The notes beneath the pieces are model-generated. The model was not told where the DNA came from and searched no databases. It saw only the letters and a list, made by a program, of their open reading frames with translations. From Peribolospora baueri (lineage: Eukaryota): a stretch of 58,636 nt of DNA. The position numbers and the translations under genes were made by a program. How positions within the stretch are numbered: position 1 is the first letter of the stretch; each line of letters starts with the position of its first letter. This document shows, piece by piece, positions 12,342-25,652 of this stretch. Where the stretch lies: contig JAMDHS010000065.1 of the NCBI GenBank assembly GCA_029717555.1, forward strand, positions 62,001 to 120,636, given 5' to 3'.

Positions 12342-14908
12342 TCACTGCCGTTGTAGCTGAAGCCGACGAACTGCTCCTGCACGGTCGCAGAGAGCAGGTG
12401 AGACTCGTCGACGACCGAGTCGAGCGGCGTCTCGTTCGTGAACTCTGGGTCGAAGTTGGACGTGTCGATCGCCGAAGCCTGAGCGCGTGAGCGAGCAGCG
12501 GCGGAGCGGGAAGGCAGAAAGACCGTTGTCGGTGAGTGTCAGGCTAGAGTGCCAATGATAACGATTGGTCAAGGACGAGGGTGATACAGCGACGCTCACC
12601 ACGCTAGGCTTGAAAGGTGGCTGGATCTTCTTCTGGATCAACCTGTCCCAGTCGATGTGCTTGGAGAAAAAGGGATGGTTCCGGATGTCCCTCGCACCGC
12701 CTGGGCCGCTGCCCAACCGCTGGGCAGGGTCGCGAGCCAAGAGGCCGGTGAGGATGGAGCGAGCGTCCGGCTGGACCTCGTCGCCGAAGCGGAGCGGGTC
12801 CTGGAGGATCTTGCGATACATTTCGTTGACGTCCTCGGAGTAGAACGGCGGAAGGCCGGTGAGCATCTCATAGAGGAGCACGCCGAGCGTCCACCAGTCC
12901 ACCGCCTTGGTGTACCCTTGCCCTTGAAGTAGCTCCGGCGCAAGATACTCGGGGGTGCCGCAGAAAGCTGTTCAAACAGAGGCGAGTGTGTGTACGCGCA
13001 AGCGCACGTTAGACACCCGACAAGCGTCAAGTGGCGAGGGAGTCTCAAAAAGGGTGCGGCAAACGGAATGCTCACTATTGGTGGTCTCCGTCTCCGTCAT
13101 GTTGAGCTTGCAAAGGCCAAAGTCACACAAGGCGATGTGGCCGGTGTAGTCGAGAAGGATGTTTTCCGGCTTGAGGTCACTGCGCGGGGAGAAGCGGAGC
13201 CGAAAGGGCGAAGGGCGAACGAAGCCGGTTAGGACGAAAAAAGGACAAGGAGTCGACTCGAGCCGCAGTAAACTCACCGATAGATGACGTTAAGGTAATG
13301 CAAATGCTCGAGAGCGGTTAGCAGCTCGGCGGCATAGAACCTGGCGCGCTCCTCGTTAAAGCGTCCCTCGCGCTGGAGGTGATGGAAGAGCTCTCCTCCG
13401 TTGACAAAGGCGAGGACGAGGTAGAGCTTCTCGGTGGACTGGAAGGAGAACTTGAGGGGCACGATGAACGGATTGTTGACCTTGGCCAATACGAGCCGCT
13501 CGGCCAAGGTGTGGGTGACTTCGGAGCGAGAGACGATGTGTGCCTTGCGAATCGTTTTGAGGGCGTAGATTCGGGACGTGTCACGTTTGCGGACTTGCAT
13601 GACCTACGGGGCCACATCAAAGCATCGGCACATGGACATGTCAGCGACCTATCCCTCCGAAAGCCGGAGAAGACGACGACGACGACGATCTCAACTCGCC
13701 TTGCCGAAACTGCCCTTGCCGATGACCTTGAGCAGGTCGAAGGCGTCCATCGTGAGCGACTCGTTCATGTGGCTCTTATAGGACACTTGGATGTGGATCT
13801 CGCCGCTGGAACCGCTCAGTGGGACCCAGTCATCGAATGTTCGCTGGTGGAAGACGGCGGCAAGGACGAAGAAAGTGATAGCATCAGCGCCGGAACGCAC
13901 GGGAAGCAGACGAGATCGGGGCTCGACGAGGTACTCACCTGGGGATCGAAATCGGGCACAAACTTGATGCCGCCGAGATAAATGTCGCTGACACCCATCA
14001 CGTCGTCGCCCTGGCTGTCCCTTTGACCGCCGCCACCGCCGTTGAGCGCGCCCGGGTTGGACTCTGGTGCGGAGCCGGTGCGGAGGTAGCATTGCAGGGA
14101 GAGCTCGGAGGTACGCGAGACGTCGCTGCGGGGAAGAAGAGAAGGCAAGGCGAATAAGAAAAGTCGGCGCGGCCCAAGTCAAGCGGCGTGGACAAAGAGG
14201 AAAAGCATTCGAACGGACGGCAACCGACTCACAAGTGCGCCTTGTACATCCACACGGGCACCGCCAAGTCGCCGCCCATGGCGTCGATGAGCACCTCGTT
14301 CTTGTCGAACTCGAGCACGAGGTACGGGAGCCACCAACACTGTCTCCTCTGCAAGCTGCCCCTGTTACCGCCTCTCGCCCCGCTCGCGCTCTGGCCCGCC
14401 GCGGAGCCGGGGCTGCCGTTGGCGGAAGTGGGGGAGCCCGAGCTTCCGGCGCTCTTCGCCAAGCTACCGGTGAGGCCGGTATTGCCCGCATTTGCTGCGA
14501 GCGCCTTGGCGATAGCCGCGGGCGTGGCGACGCCAGGGGGGAGGGCGAGGCCGCGAGCGTCGATGATGCGGACAGTGAGGAGGCCGGAGCGGGCGATGGG
14601 AGCACCAGTGGAGGAGGCGAGGACGCTGCTCTTGGTCGGCGTGGCGGCGCCGCCTGGGGTTGGCGTCGCGGGCGTGGGCGTCTTGGAACGGTCGTCGGCG
14701 GTTGCCGTATTGAGGGAGGCGTTGGAGGCGCGGGAAGAGAGCGGGTTGGCCCCCTTGAGCTCTGGCGAGGCGGTCAAGAAGAGGAAAAAAAGGCAAGTTT
14801 TTAGGAGAGCGCCGAGTGAATTGGCCGTCAGCGCCTGCTCGCATACACGGGAGCAGAGGAAAGAAAGACGAGACAAGTCGACTCACTCTGACCCAATTTC
14901 CAAGACAT
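12342..14908 (-). CDS. YPK1: AGC-family Ser/Thr kinase Ypk1/Gad8 with N-terminal C2-like domain
   Basis: First exon MSWKLGQ. C2-like [12 protein letters not shown]...FDVSR, kinase motifs [41 protein letters not shown], and AGC tail IQPPFKP...NFDPEFT...FVGFSY. Confidence 0.95.
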
Positions 14909-16795
14909 CCTCACAAATTATTCGGCGCGGAAGAGGGGGGGTTAGGATCGGTCGCGAGTCGAAACGAAGAGGGAGATGATAGGTATATGCGCCGACGTTT
15001 GCCCAGGAACCGCGGTTGCGAGGAAGGAGCCGGCGTTGGTTTTGGGCGGCGAAAACGACAACTGGGTCTGAGCCGGCGGGTTTGTGGAGGTGCGAGGGCG
15101 GGCAGGCACCAAGGTTGGGGAAGAGGAGAGCGACGGGGGAGAGGGGATTGAAGAGGGAATGAGCGCGGCAGGATGGGCGCGACACGGCGGGCGAACAAGC
15201 AAACGAAACGAGGTCGGGATGGGAGCGACGGACGGAAGGGAGGAGAAGGACGTACGTACGTAGAGGAGCGAGAGGCGAGGGCCAAGTGTGGACGTGGGTT
15301 TGTGAACGCAAGTGGGGCGGCGGAGAGGGTGGGCAAGAGGGGGATGAGAGAAGGAGGGGAATGGAGATGGAGAGTGGAGGCGGGTGGAGAACGGAAGGCG
15401 GTGTTTGCGGGAGGTGGAGGGCGAGGAGATGGGCGAGCGGTGGGGATGATCGAAGGGGAGGGGGCGGCGTCGGTGGTGGGGACAAGAAAAAGGCGCGGTG
15501 GTGGTTGGAAGGAGAGGAGAGTGATGTAAGGAAGACTGGGCGAGGTTGGAAGTAGTAGAAGCCGGTGGTGGTGGTTGCGTCTGCCTGGGCTTGGACTGGC
15601 TGGTGGTCGGATATAGAAGCGGCGGTTAAGTTTGCTTGCTATTTCACCACGCTTCGCTTGATGGACGACGGGAGGGAGGGACCGGCTTTTGCGGACCACG
15701 CGGCACGGCACGGGCGTCGGCGCGAGGGGATGATGAGGATGAGGATGGGAGGGCGACAAGAGAGAGAGAACGAGCGAGTGAGAGAGCGAGTTAATGAACG
15801 AGAGGGGGTGAAGCGGTTGAGTGATGATGGAAGAGAGAGCGAGTGAGTGACGACGGACGGCCGACGACGACGACCCGTCCACCCGGCCAGCCAGAGAAGA
15901 GAGAGACCGCACAAATCCTCCGCCCGTGCGGAAGAAAAGGGAGACGCTTGCTTGCTTGCTCGCCTTCGACGACGACGGCGGCGCGGGCCAACCTGTTTGC
16001 CCATGTGTAGTATAGGATCCCTTCCACGTAAGTATGTTCCCCTTCCGCCCTCGGCTCGGCTCGCTAGGCATGGCCAGGCCGAGCGGAACGGCGCGCATTA
16101 TATGTCGACAGGACGGACAGGCAGGCCTTTGCCATTCTCATGTCCCTCCCAGTGTGCACATGCTCCCTCCCTTGACGACAGACAGACAGACGACAATCCA
16201 TACGTCCGTCCGTCCGTATCCAAAGTGACTGCGCCGGAACATGCGTGCGTGAGTGACAGACAACGCACGCCGAAAGCGCATCCTCCCTCCCATCTTGAAC
16301 GCCGGCTCATCGTTCAAGCGAGACGAGAGGAGACGAGACCGAACAAACTCGTCTCGTCTCCTTAGGACGAACGAACGACAAAGGTGACTATAGTATCATA
16401 TCATTCAAGGCAGCCAGCCGGTGACGAGACGCCGACGACGACGACGGAGAGAAATCTTCGACTTGGGACGAACAGACGCGTGGATGTATGAGTATGAATG
16501 ATGGAACGAATGGGGCGGACACGAAAAACAGTGGATTGGATGGATGGATGTCGTGATTCATCGACGTAGGACGATCGATGACCATAGACGCTTTGTCCCC
16601 CTCCTCTTCGCCCCCCCGCTCAAACGAGGCCAAAGAAAGGGACGACGGGCCGGGACAGGGAAGGGAGGCATGCGGCCATAGACGAACGTGAGTCGAGATG
16701 ATGAGAGCTGGCCTCTTCTCCGTCCGCCCAATGCCCGTCTACCTTGCACGGGAACAACCGTCCCCGAAGCGCGAGCGCTCTCGCACTCCGACGGC

Positions 16796-18353
16796 TTAGC
16801 ACTGACCACATCCAAGGAGAACGACGGCACGATGCCGTCAGTGTCGCGCGCTCAAGGCTGACTGAGAAAACATCGAGTCCGACTCACCCCGGGGTGCGCG
16901 GAGGCGCGGGTGTTGAGAATGAGGGCGACGATGAGACCGTACACTAGAACGGATGGGAAGACGCCAGCGCGGACGGTCAGAAGATATACCCAATCAGTGG
17001 CATCGAGCGGGATGGGCAAGAAGAAAAATTGACTCACGACCCAAGACTTCGGCGAAAATGAGAATAAGGACCTACGCATACCGGAAAGAGGAGCGCGTCA
17101 GCGTCCGCTCAACGCGAACCGCGACACATCGTTTACCGACGCGACGTGCCCGCCCATCCTACTTCGTCCACTCACCATTCCGATGAACAATCTCGGCTGC
17201 TGCGCCGTGCCCCTAACGCCCGCATCGCCGACGATACCGATGGCGAAGCCGGCAGCGAGACCGGCAAGACCGACGGAGAGACCAGCGCCAAGCTGGATGA
17301 AGCCCGTGTAGAGCGACATAGGCGACTGCACTGTGGGCGGCGAAAAGGGTAGAAGGAAGGGTTAGTTCAGATGTTCGCTGACTGAGCCATCCATCACAGC
17401 GATGAGGACGGCGGCCGGGGCGAAACTCACAGTCACCGCTGATCAACACGCTGACGACGAGACCGTAAATCTGTCCGTTTGAAAAACGTGGGGGAGAGGG
17501 CCAATCCAAGCGCATGTCAACGCAAATCCCCAGACAAGCTCGGACCCAACGGAGTACAGCCCGCCTTCGCAAATCACCCAGCCCGTGCACTTACGGCAAT
17601 GATACCAGCCATGACGACCGGGATGATGGACTTGATGAGCAGGTCGGGGCGGAGGACACCCATGGCCGAGATACCGACGCCGGACTTGGACGTGCCATAG
17701 CTGTGGGAATGGCGGAGCAGACGGGAAGCGAGTCGGGTCAGCCACGGGCACGAGAGACGGATGAGGTTTGAACGGCTATCATCGAACGGCGGAGAGCGCC
17801 GACACGGGTGAACGGCTCACCTAGCACCGAGACCTATATATCCACGTGAGAGCGCACGGCATGGGTGGAGAGAACGAGGCGAAGAGGAAGGGAGTGCGAT
17901 TGAGCGACCCGCAAACAGAAGACACCAACACGGCCAGGCTCAGCGACGGCTGCGCTTCAGAACTGAGATGGACAAACAGGCGCGAACGACTGGTACGCAC
18001 AGGTGAAGACGATGGCGGCGGTGCAGCCCTAGACGAGTGGCGAGGAAAGGCGGAAGGAAGAATGGAAGGGGGCCAGGAGCACATGAGGGCAGCGGTGCGG
18101 AGACGGGTGTCAGTTTACCATTCGCCACGTCCAGAGCGGGAACGCTTCTCGCCTCCCTTAACTACGACGTCCACGCCCGCCTTCACGCTCCGCCCTGTTC
18201 CCGCTCCACTCCAGTGCGGACCAGAAACGACGTATCCCTCGTCCACCCCATCGGCCCATCCCGCCGGTTGCTCATCCTCACGAAGACACGCACCATAGCC
18301 CCAAAGAAGGGGGAGTAGACCGGGCAAAGGTCAGAGATCTGCGAGGACGACAT
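16796..18353 (-). CDS. VMA3: V-type ATPase 16 kDa proteolipid subunit c
   Basis: Spliced: [43 protein letters not shown]...[22 protein letters not shown]...[47 protein letters not shown]. Includes the conserved TM4 Glu. Confidence 0.96.
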
Positions 18354-18855
18354 CTTCAAACGAAACCCGAGTCGCTCAAGTCAAAAGTCGGAACGGAGTG
18401 GGGGTCAAGCGACCGAGGGGCGGGAGACGGAAGGAGAGACGGGCAGAAGGGGGACGCCGCTGAGAAAAGGCAAGGTGTGTGAGGAGGGGCCGCCGGACGG
18501 AGAAGGAGCGGTGGCGGCAGCGGATGCTGGAGTTGGGGAGATAAGAGATGGAGACGTGCGTGCAAATGGATGCGGGAACGAGTGGTGTAGTTCGAGTGCA
18601 AGAGGATGATGGGATGGGAGTGATGTGATGATGATGGGATTGGTCTGATCGAGAAGCCGCCTTGCCTGGCTGGGGCGACAACGGCCGGCTGATGTGGCTG
18701 GCTCTCTGACGGCACCTGCGCCGCCCGACGTACGGCGGGCTGCTTGCTTGGCTTAGGGGCGCAGCGGGCGTGCGCGAGACGGCCGTCAGCACGCCCACTG
18801 CGCGTGCGGGGTAACCCTACTTGGGAGCGCCAGCGCCGCCTGGACGAGCGCAGCG

Positions 18856-19732
18856 ACGAGGGCGAAACATCATACAGGATGTGTGATTTTAGCTCTGATG
18901 CTGGTCATGTTGTGTGTGTCGAGCAATGCGTTTGCGGGAGGAAGCATGGCGCCCGTCAGTGGCTCGCTTGCGACATGCTGCATTGCTCAGAGGCTGCCCG
19001 AGTCAACCCCTGGTCGCGAATCGGGTAGATCATCGCGGACGGCTAGTCGAGGCGGCGTCGCGGCGCATTATATGCAGGTGCGTGGGTGGGTGTCGGTTCC
19101 TCTTTGGATCCCATATCCTTCCACCAGGCAGCATTGAAAACCGTACCTGCGATGAGCATGCCCAACTTTCGAGAGTTGCCCAAACTAGGAGGCCCCAAGC
19201 TTTGGACCCCGACCTTCCGCAAGCTGTGGGCGATGATTCCCGCTACAGGCACATTATAGATATGCCAAGCCAATGAATTGTCCATCGGTGATATGTTTGC
19301 GACGGCGACCCTGACTCGAGTTGGGCCTGTCTTTTTGACCTCGGGCCTGCATATATGGAAGCCATGAACACAGTGAACACAAAAACGTCAGTGGGGCCGA
19401 CATGCTTCCCCTGCCCCGTACAAGTCCGCCAAGCAACCGGGGCCCAATGCCAGGACAGAAGCAAATGGTGGACCCTCATTCACATTGTTTTAAGCCGTGC
19501 CTGCGTGGATGAAATGGCTTTCTGCCGACGTCCAACTGGGAGACATGGGCTGGTTCGACAGGGGCCAAGAAACTCCGCTCCGGACGCACGCACCGCCTTC
19601 ATCATGTCCTTTTTTGACAACACAACGACTTGGCACGACGCCGTTGCAGGCAGATACTCGCCCAAGGGACCACTTAATGATTCCCACAAGGAGGACAAAT
19701 GGAAGAAGGTCGCCGTCTTGGGCAGGCCATGA
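18856..19732 (+). pseudogene. Possible decayed gene for a secreted protein
   Basis: Signal-peptide-like frame (ACG)RAKHHTGCVILALMLVMLCVSSNAFA, a candidate intron ~19078-19127, and downstream coding-like segments interrupted by stops. The sequence is visibly less GC-rich than its flanks. Confidence 0.3.
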
Positions 19733-20644
19733 TGCTCATTCCATTGCGGGCCGTGACGAGGAAATCGGGCGGCATGCGGGTGAAGGAGAGACACCTCTCT
19801 TTTCTTTGGATCTCCCCTCCCTCTCGTTTTTCCTTTTCCTTTCTTGCCTCCGACGCCAGCGCAAGCGACCCGAAGCTGGCCTCGCTCACAGTCAAGCATA
19901 GGATACAGGTAACATACAGCGCCAGCAACGGTTGGAAGCTGCCGCGTCTCCACCGTCTCGTCCCGAGCCCGAGCCGGCGCCCGCCGTCACCCCAAGTGTG
20001 CGCGCATACCTTTGTTAAACTTAGCAGAGCCAGCTAGAGGCGAGGGGAAACGCGGAGGCGAGCTAGGCGGATGGAAATGAATCCGGCGTGAGGGGGCCGG
20101 ACGGACGAGATGGTGGAGTTAGTTGTCGTCGTCGGCGGCGTCCATGAGCGACGGGTCGGAGTATGTTGTGCAGAGGGATGGACTGCGAGGTCGCGAACAC
20201 GTACGTCCGTACGTGTACATACACACCTACCTACATACTTTAGAGGCGTCGGCGGCAGCAAAGCGGCGGACCGAAGAGGGTCGAGGAAGGTGCGGAAGGG
20301 TCCGAGGCACGTAAGGGCGCTAGGCGACGGCGCGCAGTGGGGTGGATTTGTTTGTACATAGCGAGGACGGGTGGGCAAGCAAGGCGAGGCGAGCAAGATG
20401 ACGGGGACTCGATTATCCGGATGTTCCCCGCCCACGCCGTCGGCGTGGTGGAGCGCGGGGGCGAGGTGAGCAGGCGTCGGCGCGGGGCGGAGCGAGTTGA
20501 GTTGACTAGATCGAGGGATGGTCTCGGAGACCGGAAGTGGAAGGAGGGTTAAGTGGCACGCCGTGGCCGGCTCGCGCGGGAGGGATGGCGGCGACCAGCC
20601 AACAAGGGCGAGGCCGATGTCGCGTTGTTTGAGTCGAGCCTACT

Positions 20645-20730
20645 CCAGTCAGTCCGGTCAGTCCAGTCCAGTCCAGTCCAGTCCATTCCGTTCCATTAAG
20701 CCAAGACAAGTCAAGTCAAAGTCAAAGTCG
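20645..20730. repeat. Pentamer/hexamer microsatellites (CCAGT)n and (GTCAA/GTCAAA)n upstream of the SDR gene
   Basis: Direct reading of the tandem units. Confidence 0.8.
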
Positions 20731-21064
20731 ACTTAACCTCGACTCGGCCTCTTTCTCCCTTCCAGCGGTCGTTCGATCGAAAGATCCTCACCTCTCCAGA
20801 ACGCCCGGGCCGACTCGCCCTCGCCCTCGTCTCGGTATTCGGTGCTGCCCCAGGCTCGTCGGGCGAGGCGTCAGACAGCCGCCAGACACTTTCGAAGAGC
20901 GCATGCATTTCCTTCCTTCGCTGGCCTTCCTCTTTAACTCCCTTCCACCATCTCATCCCCCTCCCTCCCTCCCTCTTTCCTTCATCCCCTCTTCCCGTCC
21001 CCGTCTCCCAAACAAGGGCCCCCTATCCCACCGAGCGTCTCTCACTCCCCCGCGCTCCCCCACA

Positions 21065-22762
21065 ATGTTCTCCGTCTCCGCCACTCGCCTCGCCTCGGCC
21101 TCGTCCACCATCGCCCGCCGCTCCGTCGGTGCCGCCTCTCGCCGTCTCAACGTCGCCCCCCGGCCATCCTTCTCGCCCATCGCTGCCGCCTCTTCCTTCG
21201 GCCAGCTCCGCGCCATCTCTACCACCCCTCCGTCCGAGGATGTCGAGAAGCCCAGCCACGCCAGCATCGACGAGCACGTCATCCCCTACCCAGAGGTGAG
21301 CCGCTCCCTCCGTTCTTACGAGCCTCTCAAGCTCGCTTTTTTGAACCCCGTCGACGGACAGCTGGTCTTCTTCTTGACAACACCGCTTAATGATCCGCAA
21401 CCCGCCCCGGCCCTTTTTCTGACGCCTTTCAGGACCACGAGCGCGACCCCAATGACATTGGACACCGGACCATCGGCGCTGGCGTCGGTCGCCACACCCA
21501 GCGCACCCTTGCAAGCCTGTCCATGGTGAGCCGTCGAGATGCGTCGTGGCCGGCGGCTTTGGAGTACTTGGTCTGACCCATCCGTCCCTCGTCCCTTGCA
21601 GGAAGGTAAAGTCTGCGTCGTCACCGGTGCCGCCCGCGGCCTGGGTAACCTGATCGCACGGACGTTCGTCGAGTCAGGCAGCAATGCCGTCGCCGTGGTG
21701 GACCTCAACGCGGACGATGCACGCACCGCCGCCAAGGACCTCACCGACTGGTTCGAGCAGCACGGAGAGGCGAAGCCTGGCGAGATCCTGGCGGAGGGGT
21801 ATGGGTGCGACGTTAGTGACGAGACGGCAGTTCAGAGGACTTTCGACGATATTGTCAAGCGGTCAGTCTTCGTCGCCGGTTTATTTTTTTTTCGCACGCC
21901 AACAGGATGGCTCATGTCGTTCTGCTTACCCCGCGTCCAGATTCGGTCGCATCGACGTCCTCGTCAACTCGGCCGGTATCGTCGAGAACTTCCCCGCCAC
22001 GCAGTATCCGACGCACAAGATCCAGAAGCTGTGGGACATCAACGTCAACGGCTCGTTCTTCACGTGAGTACACCTGGGACGATGTGTGATGTTGCACTGG
22101 CCGAATCCGACATCTGACAGGCCTTTTTTTCGTTTTCCCCTTCCCTATAGCGCACGCGAGGCCGCAAAGCACATGATGAACACGGACATCAAAGGCTCGA
22201 TCGTGCTTGTCGGCAGCATGAGCGCCGGCATCGTCAACATCCCGCAACCACAGACGCCTTACAACGCCTCCAAGGCGGCCGTGCGCCATATGGCTTCCTC
22301 GCTCGCTGTCGAGTGGGCCAAGGACGGCATTCGCGTCAACTGCCTCAGCCCCGGTTACATGCTCACCAGCTTGACCCGCACCATCTTGGAAAGTAACCCG
22401 GCCGGTAAGGAGCTCAAGGACACTTGGGAAAACCGTAAGTGTACGAGACGAGACGTGTGCGGTGGAGGTCGTAAACTTCCCCCGTTCGGCCCTGCTCGCT
22501 GGCCAGACACTTACGAGTTTCCTTCGTCGCGCTCCTGTCGTACAGTTACCCCAATGGGCCGGATGGGCGTGCCCGAGGACCTCAAGGGAGCCGTCATCTT
22601 CCTGGCGTCTGACGCGAGCAGCTTCTGTACCGGAGTCGACCTCAAGGTCGACGGTGGTTACACCTTGTAAGTCTTCCGCGTCAGCCATGCATATCCCTGC
22701 CGACGTCCGCCGCTGACAACGCTGTGTGGGCCCTTTGCTCTTATCAACTTGTCAGGACCTAA
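21065..22762 (+). CDS. SDR of the D-arabinitol 2-dehydrogenase / sorbose reductase type with predicted mitochondrial presequence
   Basis: Arg/Ser/Ala-rich N-terminus MFSVSATRLASASS..., GKVCVVTGAARGLG, GRIDVLVNSAG, GSMSAGIVNIPQPQTPYNASKAAV, VNCLSPGYMLT, VDGGYTL|T*. Confidence 0.92.
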
Positions 22763-23768
22763 TTCAACGACCAGCCGGTCGTCCTCGTTCCATTTGAACA
22801 CGTCGTGCCTTTCTGCGTCGTATCGTAACGGACAGTGCGCTCTTCTCCTTCCCACTCGCCACCACAGACAGGTGTGCGTGTCCTCCTATAGATGTTGATG
22901 TTTCGCCAGTCTCAACCGCACCTTCAATTCTTGCTTAGTACGGTAACCCCGCTCTGGTCTCTCCTACCCGGCCTCTCGTCCTCGCACCGACATTTGCACG
23001 TCTCTCGTCATTTAATCCGCCGTCACCTCGTTCCAAAACCCGCACCTCCTCCTTCCTTCGTTCCGACTCGTGTTCTTCGGTTCCCGTGCTCGCTCATTCG
23101 TTCGTTCGCTTTGGGGCTTGTGCTTGGGGTCTTGGGCGTAGGGTGTCCATCTATCTGTCTACTCTATTGGCATTTTTGTTGTTGTGGCTTTTGGGGTTCT
23201 CTGGCAATGAATCAATCGTTTGCTCGTGTGTGTGAGGGCCTAGCTAGGCGTGGGCGAGCTTTCTTTTTGGTCGAGATGGAAGCGTTCGAAGACGTGTCGT
23301 CCATCGTCTTTACGAATGCGCAGGAGAAGATAGGCGTTGATCAGTGCCGAAGCTCGCCACTCGAATGATGTGTTCAAGCCCTGCCTTCTGTATCCTCATG
23401 CGACATGAAGACGAGGCCACCGACGACGGTATCATCAGGACCATCATATTGGGCTCGACACATGTTGCAATGAGAACGATCGTAAAACCGTCACCATGTC
23501 ATGATGCGTCCACCGCCTCGACGCATCCGGCCAGATGGAAGCGGACGCGGGAACGGAAGAAGGTGGCACGTGGGAATGACGTATATGTATCGTATCGGGG
23601 GCTGTGAAGGGGACGTTCGATCAACGAGGTTCGCCCAAAATTTCTCTCCCCCATCCTCCTTCCCATCTCCCATACCCAGTTCGTCCCATCTCGTTCGTTC
23701 CTCTACCATCCCATCCCATCCCATCCCAACCATCTTTTCCCAACAAACGTCCAATCAATCAACCAACC

Positions 23769-25329
23769 ATGTCTTCTTCCTCCGCGCCCCTCCAACCCAA
23801 GACCGAGCCCGTCGTCTCCGGCAACCCCACGGGTGGCCCTACCGTCGTGGAGGTGACCGGCCTCGCTAAGACGACGACGAAGGAGAAATTGGACGAGTTT
23901 TTCTCGTTTTGTGGAGAGTGAGCGTTTTGTGCTTCTTTTTTTTTTGGATGTGGTCTGTCCCGCCTCATGCGTGGCGATGTGCTGTGCCCGGATGGCGCTC
24001 CGTGGCGTGCAAGTCAGATGATGACTGACGGTTCTGGGCTACCTACCTACCTACCCACCCTTGCATCCTTGCGACAATCAGGATCAAGGAGATCGACCTC
24101 AAGCCAGATGGCGATCACCAGAAGGCTGAGATCAAGTTTGTAAAGGGTGAGCGAGCGCCGCCGTGCTTCCCGCAACGCTGTATAGATTCGCTTCCCCAAA
24201 CGCTGTATAGTTCGCAACTGACCGCTGACTGACTCGCCTTGCAACGCCAGAGTCTGCCGCTTCCACGGCTGAGATGCTCAACGGAGGCGCGCTAGAAGGC
24301 GAGACCCTTCGTGTCAAGTCCCTTTCGTCTCAGTCCGCCACCGCTCAACCCCATGTGGCATCCGAGGGTGACAAGGTCGGTCAGGAGGAGAAGCCTAGGT
24401 CGGCGATCGTTGCTGAGTACCGTGAGTACGTCTAAGCTTGACGCCCAATACGAAAGCCGGACGTCTCAGCTTGACGCCCGATACGAAAGCCGGAATGTCT
24501 GATCCAAATCGTTTTCTTGCGTCTAACAGTCGCTCACGGCTACAAGCTGAGCGACGACGTCGTTCAGCGCGCCATCGACCTGGATGGTGAGTCCTGGCTT
24601 CCCAGCGGCCCCTTCGAACCAAATTCTCACCCGTCCGCTTCCCTTGCCTCGCCTCTTCTAGCCAAGTATGGCCTCTCGCACCGCTTCACGGCCTACCTGC
24701 GTTCCATCGACCGTACTCTCGGCGAGAAGCTGGCCCGGCACGACACGACCACCGCGGCCAAGCCCTCTGGCGCAGCGGCTGCCGCGACGACGACGGAGAA
24801 GGACGCTTCCAAGGCGGCTGCTCCCTCTGGCCCGGCCGGCGAGGGCCCTACCACGACCACCCAGGTGCCTGGAGGCGCCGATACCGCTCAGCAGCCCAGC
24901 TTGGCGCGTCAAGTGCAGGAGCGCGCCAACACCTTCCTTGAGAGCCCGCAGGTGAAGAGCAAGGCTGATTTCTTGTGGGCGAGGGGTAATGAGGTGAGTT
25001 TTGGTCGATTGCTTACAGAAAATTCCAGCCGTTTTCCGAGGGGAAGGAACACATCGCTGACTGACCGACCGATCCGCTCGTCGACGTGCCATTCGCAGTA
25101 CTACAACAAGGCCGCTCACCACCCCAGGATCTCTGAGCTGTACAGCAAGATGTCGAAGACCGTCATGGACATCCACGAGGAGGCTCGCCGCATCGCTGTG
25201 AGTGTCCGATTCAGCTGGTCGTTTCCTTGCTGTGCGGATCAAGGCCTCACTCAAGAGCTGGGTGCTGATTACGGACGTGATTGTTTCCAGGATGAGAAGA
25301 AGACTTCTGCTGCTGCCAAGACGACTTGA
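23769..25329 (+). CDS. vip1: Vip1-like RRM protein
   Basis: N-terminal RRM VEVTGLAKTTTKEKLDEFFSFCGE, QEEKPRSAIVAEYLAHGYKLSDDVVQRAIDLD, and a C-terminal V-x-D-I-H-x-E-A-R-R motif, all typical of fungal Vip1. Confidence 0.85.
24165..24215. repeat. ~25-bp direct duplication in a vip1 intron
   Basis: gcttcccgcaacgctgtatagattc followed by gcttccccaaacgctgtatagttcgc. Confidence 0.85.
24428..24493. repeat. 33-bp direct duplication in a vip1 intron
   Basis: acgtctaagcttgacgcccaatacgaaagccgg followed by acgtctcagcttgacgcccgatacgaaagccgg (2 mismatches). Confidence 0.9.
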
Positions 25330-25361
25330 AGAGCGCAAACATTCTCCCTTATATCTTCTCT

Positions 25362-25652
25362 CCGTCGTCTCCGCCAGTCGGACCGTGGGTCCTGCGTGCT
25401 CCCTCTTCGCCCTGTCCGCCGCGTTCTCAAAGGTACACACGATCGCCTCTTATCCCGCCTCATCTCCCGTCGTCTGTAATATTATGAAATTTGCTAGCCA
25501 AGGACCACACCGTCGTCCCGCCAGTCGGACCGTGGGTCCTGCGTGCTACCTCTTCGCCCTGTCCGCCGCGTTCTCGAAGGTGCACACGATCGCCTCTTAT
25601 CCGCCCCATCCTCCGTCGTTCTGTCGTCTTCAGTATTATGAAATTGCTAGCC
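25362..25652. repeat. ~140-bp tandem duplication in the vip1 3' UTR/terminator region
   Basis: Copies at 25362-25499 and 25510-25652 share ccgccagtcggaccgtgggtcctgcgtgct...cacacgatcgcctcttatcc...tattatgaaatt.gctagcc. Confidence 0.92.

Noticed and set aside
14911..16098. 395-aa Pro/Ser/Leu-rich minus-strand ORF upstream of YPK1
   Set aside because: This is low-complexity CT-rich 5' UTR/promoter sequence with no domain-like content.
22892..23368. 158-aa ORF with a hydrophobic stretch
   Set aside because: It has the composition of the SDR 3' UTR/terminator, with no codon bias or recognisable motif.
24428..24502. Intronic repeat with TGAC...GAAA suggesting a hammerhead ribozyme or snoRNA
   Set aside because: It lacks the CUGANGA core, the flanking stems and C/D boxes.
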